In this document: positions 57,359 through 64,000 of the stretch, in pieces
Layout: the number at the start of each line of letters is the position of its first letter
Numbering within the stretch: position 1 is the stretch's first letter
From: the human T2T-CHM13v2.0 reference genome, Homo sapiens
Assembly (NCBI RefSeq): GCF_009914755.1
Contig: NC_060946.1
Direction: 5' to 3' (one strand)
DNA length: 64,000 nucleotides
Program-made: the position numbers and the translations under genes
The notes under the pieces: model-generated
Told to the model about the DNA's origin: nothing
What the model saw: the letters and a program-made list of their open reading frames with translations, nothing else
Databases searched by the model: none

Positions 57359-57679
57359 GGCTGGCCCTGGTGGCTCACACTTGAAATCCCAGCACTTTGG
57401 GAGACTGAAGTGGGTGGATCACCTGAACTCAGGAGTTTGAGACTAGCCTAGCCTAGCCAACATGGTAAAACCTAGTCTCTACTAAAAATCCAAAAATTAG
57501 CCGGGTGTGGTGATGCGTACCTGTAATCCCAGCTACTCGGGAGGCTGAGGGAGGAGAACCATTGAGCCTGGAAGGTGGAGGCGGCAGTGAGCCAAGATTG
57601 TGTCACTGAACTCCAGCCTGGGCAACAGAGCAAGACTCTGTCTCAAAAAAACAACAAACAAACAAACAAACAAAAAAAT
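57359..57679 (+). mobile_element. AluS with TSD ATCTTAGCTTA
   Basis: Alu consensus; TSD on both sides. Confidence 0.93.
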
Positions 57680-60090
57680 CTTAGCTTATATATTTCTCAC
57701 ATCTGATCCTACCACTTTACTTCTTTTTTCCTGTTTATGCCAATTATTTCTATTCCTCTTTACATATAGGCAGAGAGATTTGACTAAAATGCGTCATAGA
57801 CAAGGACATCTACTAAATTTACCTATTCTTCATGTTGAATTCCACAACAGATTTCAAATACAACCAAAATCTCCAAATGAAATCTTAATTCTAAATTGAG
57901 TGCTTGTAGTCTTCAAATATGTTCAAATAGAACATCAAAGCTCAATAAAAATAGTTATACCACTTGGGATGGTATTTAAAATATTTTTTCCTAAATAAAT
58001 TCAGCTTCAGAGGATGAGAAAACCTTCATTAGGAGATGTATCTTAAAGGACAAATTAAGTTAAATAAATGTGAAAGAAATCATACTTTATTATGTTGACT
58101 AGTAAGATACTTTGTGTTACTATTGTGAATTAATGCCATCCAAATATTGAGTGATGTAATTCAATTTAGTAAAAGAAAAAAGTCTAAATTATCAACTTCT
58201 TTCCTTATAAAAATGAAATATTCTATAACTTGCATTGTTTCCATGGCAATGACCCTGATGATCAGAAAGAGAGGTTAAAACATAAAAACATTTAAAATCA
58301 TCTAATCTAAATTATAAAAAAGAAATCCCCTTCTTCAGAAAAAATAATTTTTTAAGGAAGCACTCAAAAACAAATCTCTACTAGTAGATACACAGCATAC
58401 ACATCTCTTACTATCTCCCATGCAGACTGCATAAAAAGGCTTGCTGACTACTTTTAAGAAAACAACATTCAGATGTCTGGAAAGTATCTGAAATGCATGA
58501 TTAATCTACACAGATAATTTTCTCAAGAAACTAAATTTTGAAGACAAGTAATTCAAAAGTATATTGTCTTTAAAGTAAATCCACTGGTATTCTTAAATTG
58601 CTGTAATACTTTCTCTGTTTACCTTATAGTGTGAACCTCTCAAGCTATGGGAATGCATGTAATCTCTAAGAATAGCTGACTTCTTTTGTAGGAAAAAGCT
58701 GTTAGAAATGACTGTTAGGATTTCAAATGTTTGGGAGTGTGTATTCATGTGGGTTTTATGTGTTGAATATTTGCATTTATAATTTTAAGATGCTTAAATC
58801 CAAAACTAAAATGACCCATGTAACATAATTCTGCCATAGGATAAATTAAATTCAATTAAATTTTTCCATACAAATTATTATCTACCACAATGTAAAAATA
58901 TTTATATATCATAAAGATGTAAGAAACACTGACTTCTGTAATACAGCAGAGTTCAATTTCACTGCTACTTAGCTTGATGATATTTTAAGGTCATGTCTCT
59001 TGGAATACACATTCAATATTCATTGCCAAATGTCTGAGCTCACCTCTCTTGAAGCCATATTCAATTATCAAATGAAAATAATTTACCAAGCAACCTCACA
59101 AAACACAAACTCTAGGTAGCATTAAGGTTTTTCAAAGTGATTATTCCTTACTGGTAGTGATCCTAAGATATTAAAACTCATAGATCACATGATCTGAGAT
59201 TTTCTAATTGAAAAGCTGTAGCTGTAAACCTTTAATTCAAAGTCGGATACCACCTTCAGCTGTCAAAAGAATTACATAATCACTTAAATTTCTGGAATGA
59301 AAGAGAAAATGAAGAGAACAATAAAAGTAACTTTGAAATGCACTGGGAAACAATTGGAAGGAACCAAATGGAGGCAAAGACAGAGAGAGGGCTGTTTATC
59401 TAACCTTTCCTTCTTGAGTAGGTTTTCTCTGATATCTCTAGAGAAAAATTGGACGTGTAACAATGAAATACAAAATACAAGATATTGTCTTGGTATAATT
59501 ACTTGCAATGATTCCAAGATGGCAGAATTTGAGAACCTGCTAAATAGGACAACAAAGTGATCTGCTTTTCCAAAATTTTGCCCCTTAACTTAAATATTAT
59601 TTCATGGTGAAGATCAATAAAACTGAAAATTGGAATTGCCAGATATTATCAGATTTTATTTTTTGAATGCTTAATAGCTGACCCAAAATCTGGTCATAAA
59701 AATGGAAGTTAAATTGTCCTCAAAATTTAAGTTTGCTACATTTGTAAGCGCCACTTCCTTCTTCAAAATTTCAAACTTTCTCATATCTAGCAGCAACTTG
59801 AAATTAGCAATTTAAGCATGTAAATTCATCGTGGAAACCAAATTGATTAAAATTGTATGTGTATTCATGATAATGTTTAAAATTTTTGCTACATTTAAAC
59901 CCTAAGTTAGTTACAAAAACTCTAAAATTATGCTTGTTTAAAAACTTGGGATAACTTGCTTTTGAAAACATACTGACATATTCATTCCATTCTTATAATT
60001 ATTTTTGTATCACTCCCAAACAGCACACCATTGTATATGTCCCCAAAATGGCACTTCTTTGCTAAAGCCACTAAGACAGAAATACTTTTG

Positions 60091-60354
60091 AGCCAGATGC
60101 AATGGCTCATGCCTATAATCTCAGTACTTAGGGAGGCCTAGGTTAGAGGACTGCTTGAAGATAGGAGTTCGTGACCTGCCTGGGCAACATAGCAAGACCC
60201 AGTCTTTACAAATGAAATGAAAACAAAATATAAAATAAATGAGCTGGGCATAGTAGTGCACACCCGTGGTCATAGCTATCAGGAGGCTGAGATGAGAGGA
60301 CCATATGAACCTAGGAGTTTGGGGCTGTGATGAGCTATGATTGCACCACTGCAC
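60091..60354 (+). mobile_element. AluJ, 3'-truncated
   Basis: Diverged Alu consensus with no tail. Confidence 0.85.
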
Positions 60355-62068
60355 CTCAGTCAGAACTACGGGTTGCTGAGTTAGAAATAAATTCTCAGTT
60401 CTGAATATAATAACTGCTCCTGACACTCCCCAGAATCCTGCAAATGAGCTGGGTTTTCTGGTGCCTCTCTATAGTCCCTCTTTCTCAGGAAACACCCCCA
60501 TGGTTTTCCCTGCTGTGCTATTAATTACACCCATGCTTATTATATGTCAGTTCAGTTTTATCTAGATTCTCCCGAAGTCAGTGCTGAACTTAGTTGTTTG
60601 AAAATGTATATATTGTAACAGTTACCAAAAAGACAAAATACAGCTAAATATTTATGCTATTTGTTTCATTTCTATCGTAGGTATATTTCCTTTTAAAATT
60701 CATATGTATCTTTCTCTAAGGATTGTCTCCATTTTCAGATGTTAAACACTTTCTCATGCACAAACCACCTAAGCAGCATAGACACAGAGTCCGTGTCAGG
60801 GAATGTTACATTCAGGATAGGCACCTATTATTCTGTAACTCAGAAGCAGGAAAATGGATGTCCTCAAGCAGATGCTTTTCTTGACAGATACAAAAAATTG
60901 ACAAGGATCATTGACTTACTTCCAACCCACCATTCATCTCTTTTCTCTTATTTTGACCCTAAGGGTCCCAGAGGGATAATGGCCCTACATTGTTATTTAG
61001 AATTCAGATTTCAGACTGCATTTCTTATATCATTTTTTATAAGTAGTGGTTGCACACAGTTGAGACAATACTATGATATTAATCTACATTCCTCGTTAAA
61101 TTGATTTTTTTGTCTTCTATTTTTTTAGCTTAGGTACAATTTCTCACACGGTTTCTCAGGAAGGAACATTGGGATTTCCCAATGACTTAAACATTTAGAA
61201 CATAGTCTATTCATATATATGAAGAGCTTGTGTAGAAAGTATAATTTACTTATACTATTACGCTTAAGAAATTATGTGAAATAATGTGAAAATAATCTTA
61301 TAACATTTGCATGCATATTTGCCGCAAGAGTCATACTTCATTGATACTTAATCATAATCTTGGACATTGCGGGTTCCAATAACCAATATTTAATGCAAGA
61401 CTGTAAACTTACTAGAGAGAAAACCTTATTTATAAATTTTCATGTATTCTTTTCTTGACAATAATAATGAGCTATGAGATTTGTATTTTAAAAGATACTT
61501 AGTAATAAAAACTTTAATTTTTAAAACTTTTATTTTTAAATTCTGCTTAATTGCATAAAAGTTAAATGGTAATATTTAATATTTAATGAGGCTTATTGAT
61601 CTAAATGATGATATGCAGCTTGGGTTATACTTGCAATTATAAGATTTGCTCATTACACCTAAGCAATCTCCTTCACTCAATCTAGCTACCACAAAGGAAG
61701 CAAAATTCCCTGAATGATAATATCAAAGCATTCCATTATGTTTTCTATTAAGTTGTTTTGTTCTTTGAATCATTGTCTATTTTAATTTATCCTTTTAGAA
61801 AGAAAACAAATTACTTAACTTGCATTTCCCACTAGAAGCTTCACTGCAGCTAGACTTGGAATTGATTTCAGGCCATTTTTTAATAAATGATGGTCCCCAG
61901 TGAAGGATAGAATATTTGAGCAATCAATACTGAGTAAATAAAAGGGTTTTTTGGGTAAATAAGAGAGAAGATACCTATTTTTTTCAAATATTTTAAATAT
62001 CTAATAACCTATTCCTCATCTAAAACAAGCCACAATTACTGGAAATGATGGTCAGAGGAAGGTTTTAT

Positions 62069-62379
62069 CAACCCTGTGTAATACTACACGTCATGTTGGA
62101 TCACTATTACAGAGAAACAGTTGTCATGCTGCATTTTAGTAATTCTACACATTACCAGAGAAATGAACAACTCTTGTAGCCACAGAAACCCAATGTAGCT
62201 ACTGTCTACATATTCTTGTTTTAGCAACCCTGTGTAATACTACACGTCATGTTGGATCACTATTACAGAGAAACAGTTGTCATGCTGCATTGTAATAACT
62301 CTACACATTACCAGAGAAATAAACAACTCTATAGCCACAGAAATCCAACATAGCTACTGTCTACATATTCTTGTTTTAG
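62069..62379 (+). repeat. Tandem duplication, 2 x ~156 bp (62069-62224, 62225-62379)
   Basis: Both copies start CAACCCTGTGTAATACTACACGTCATG and end CTACATATTCTTGTTTTAG. Confidence 0.96.
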
Positions 62380-63375
62380 ACCTTTGGTGAAAATACTATG
62401 TGTATTAAATATATTTTACATTAGTTTTATCACAAAAAATAAAAATGAGAATTCTATTAAATGCTAATATAAACTCTGGCATGAAAGAAAAATTAAAATC
62501 AAAGCTGATCTTAATTAACAAATTGTATTATCTGCTTACATGTATATACAACTATTCATATACAAAGGCACACATGCACTTGTGGTTTTGAAAAATATCT
62601 ATTTCATTTCAAAAATTCATTGAACAATATTACATATGGCAAGAAAACTGCCCTTTTTGAAGGATCTTTTAAAAAGTGTTAAACTTTATTAGATACTTCA
62701 AACTAGCAAAGCTCAACTTCATCACAATTATATAATAACACTGCATGCTTTCAATTTTATCTCTAGAAAAATACCTATCCCTTGAAATAAACTCTGTGAA
62801 CTTCTTGCTCACAGATTTCATTTCAAGCCTTGAAATTGCAGAAAATCAATGCCAAATATACTTGACCCAAGAGGAAAAGAAAATTTCAGGGGTGTCAGGA
62901 TGTTTTATCACATAAAATACAGAATTGCAATTTGTATCTGAGCAGGCAACACACCTCCAAAAATAATACAATACTTATCACAAAATACATTCACAGATAC
63001 TAGATTTGGCACAAACCACTCCATACAGCTATTGATCAAGTCAATATTGAAAGCCTTATTACAAACTCTATGGCCCTTTTCTACTCTCCAACAGACATTT
63101 CAGGATGCCACAAACTTGCAGCTCCACTCTATCATTAATTTCCCCTAAATACGCTTGGCAGAAGAATGAGAAACGTCACGTTTTTTCATTTAATTTCTAA
63201 AGAACATCACATCCTTTAAGAATAGGTTCTTGAAATTTTAAAATGTAAAACATAAAAACCCTAAAGAAAAGAAACAAACATCCAAAAACTTTTCTTCAAA
63301 ATCCCAACAACTTTATATGCTATGTGTTCTTGTAAAATACCACACACACAAACTCACATGCATACCCACCCCCCC

Positions 63376-63406
<31 letters not shown>

Positions 63407-63616
63407 GTAGCCTCATAATACCATATATATATATTGACATTTAAGCAATTTGTTGTAATCTTCCGCCAGGTTTTTGTTACAGGGTATTGTAATGCCTCTA
63501 CACCAGTTAAATTGAAATAGAGTTAGGTGTGAGTAAATGCATCAAAATTGAAGCCATCTTTCCGAAAAATGCAGCATGACAACTGTTTCTCTGTAATAGT
63601 GATATACATATCTGGT

Positions 63617-64000
63617 GTATATATATTCATATATATATATTCATATATATATACATATATATTCATATATATATACATATATATATTCATATATATATAC
63701 ATATATATATTCATATATATATACATATATATTCATATATATATACATATATATATTCATATATATGCATATATATATTCATATATATGCATATATATAT
63801 TCATATATATGCATATATATTCATATATATATATGCATATATACATATATATATGCATATATATTCATATATATGCATATATACATATATATATGCATAT
63901 ATATTCATATATATGCATATATATATTCATATATATGCATATATATATTCATATCTATATGCATATATATATTCATATCTATATGCATATATATATGCAT
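63617..64000. repeat. AT-rich minisatellite of (TA)n runs punctuated by TTCA/TACA/TGCA; runs off the window end
   Basis: Direct reading. Confidence 0.97.

Noticed and set aside
60739-61104. 121-aa non-Alu ORF preceded by an acceptor-like tract
   Set aside because: No recognisable homology, poor Kozak context, and the 3' part resembles a decayed MaLR LTR. This length is expected by chance.
62100-63603. DNA transposon bounded by 38-bp TIRs
   Set aside because: No TSD and no transposase remnant. Perfect identity does not fit the long inactivity of primate DNA transposons.
42253-64000. CRISPR-like or prokaryotic repeat arrays
   Set aside because: This is a primate genome. The repeats are satellite or simple tandem duplications with no repeat-spacer structure.

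Overview
Human or great-ape non-coding DNA built like a segmental-duplication mosaic. I found no intact protein-coding gene. (1) 1-42252 is an Alu/L1/LTR-dense block centred on a bidirectional CpG-island promoter (~30080-31280). The island carries an RFX X-box. On the minus strand it has a Kozak ATG, a 13-nt coding exon (MEPQ) and a GTAAGG donor, which I recognise from memory as FANK1 exon 1, so this looks like a displaced copy of the FANK1/DHX32 head-to-head promoter. Several non-coding exon candidates and a truncated U2 pseudogene lie on either side. (2) Within that block are a ~1.25-kb inverted duplication (7219-8462 vs 19899-21139) and an adjacent fold-back patchwork (21150-22903). (3) 42253-51789 is a 9.5-kb (GGAAT)n Human Satellite 3 array with a ~3.5-3.8-kb higher-order period. 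(4) 51790-64000 is an unrelated AT-rich, Alu-poor block ending in a 156-bp tandem duplication, a perfect 38-bp inverted copy and an AT-rich minisatellite. Almost all ORFs in the supplied track are Alu, L1, satellite or GC-richness artefacts. Repeat subfamily calls and gene identities come from memory and by-eye alignment, not database searches.
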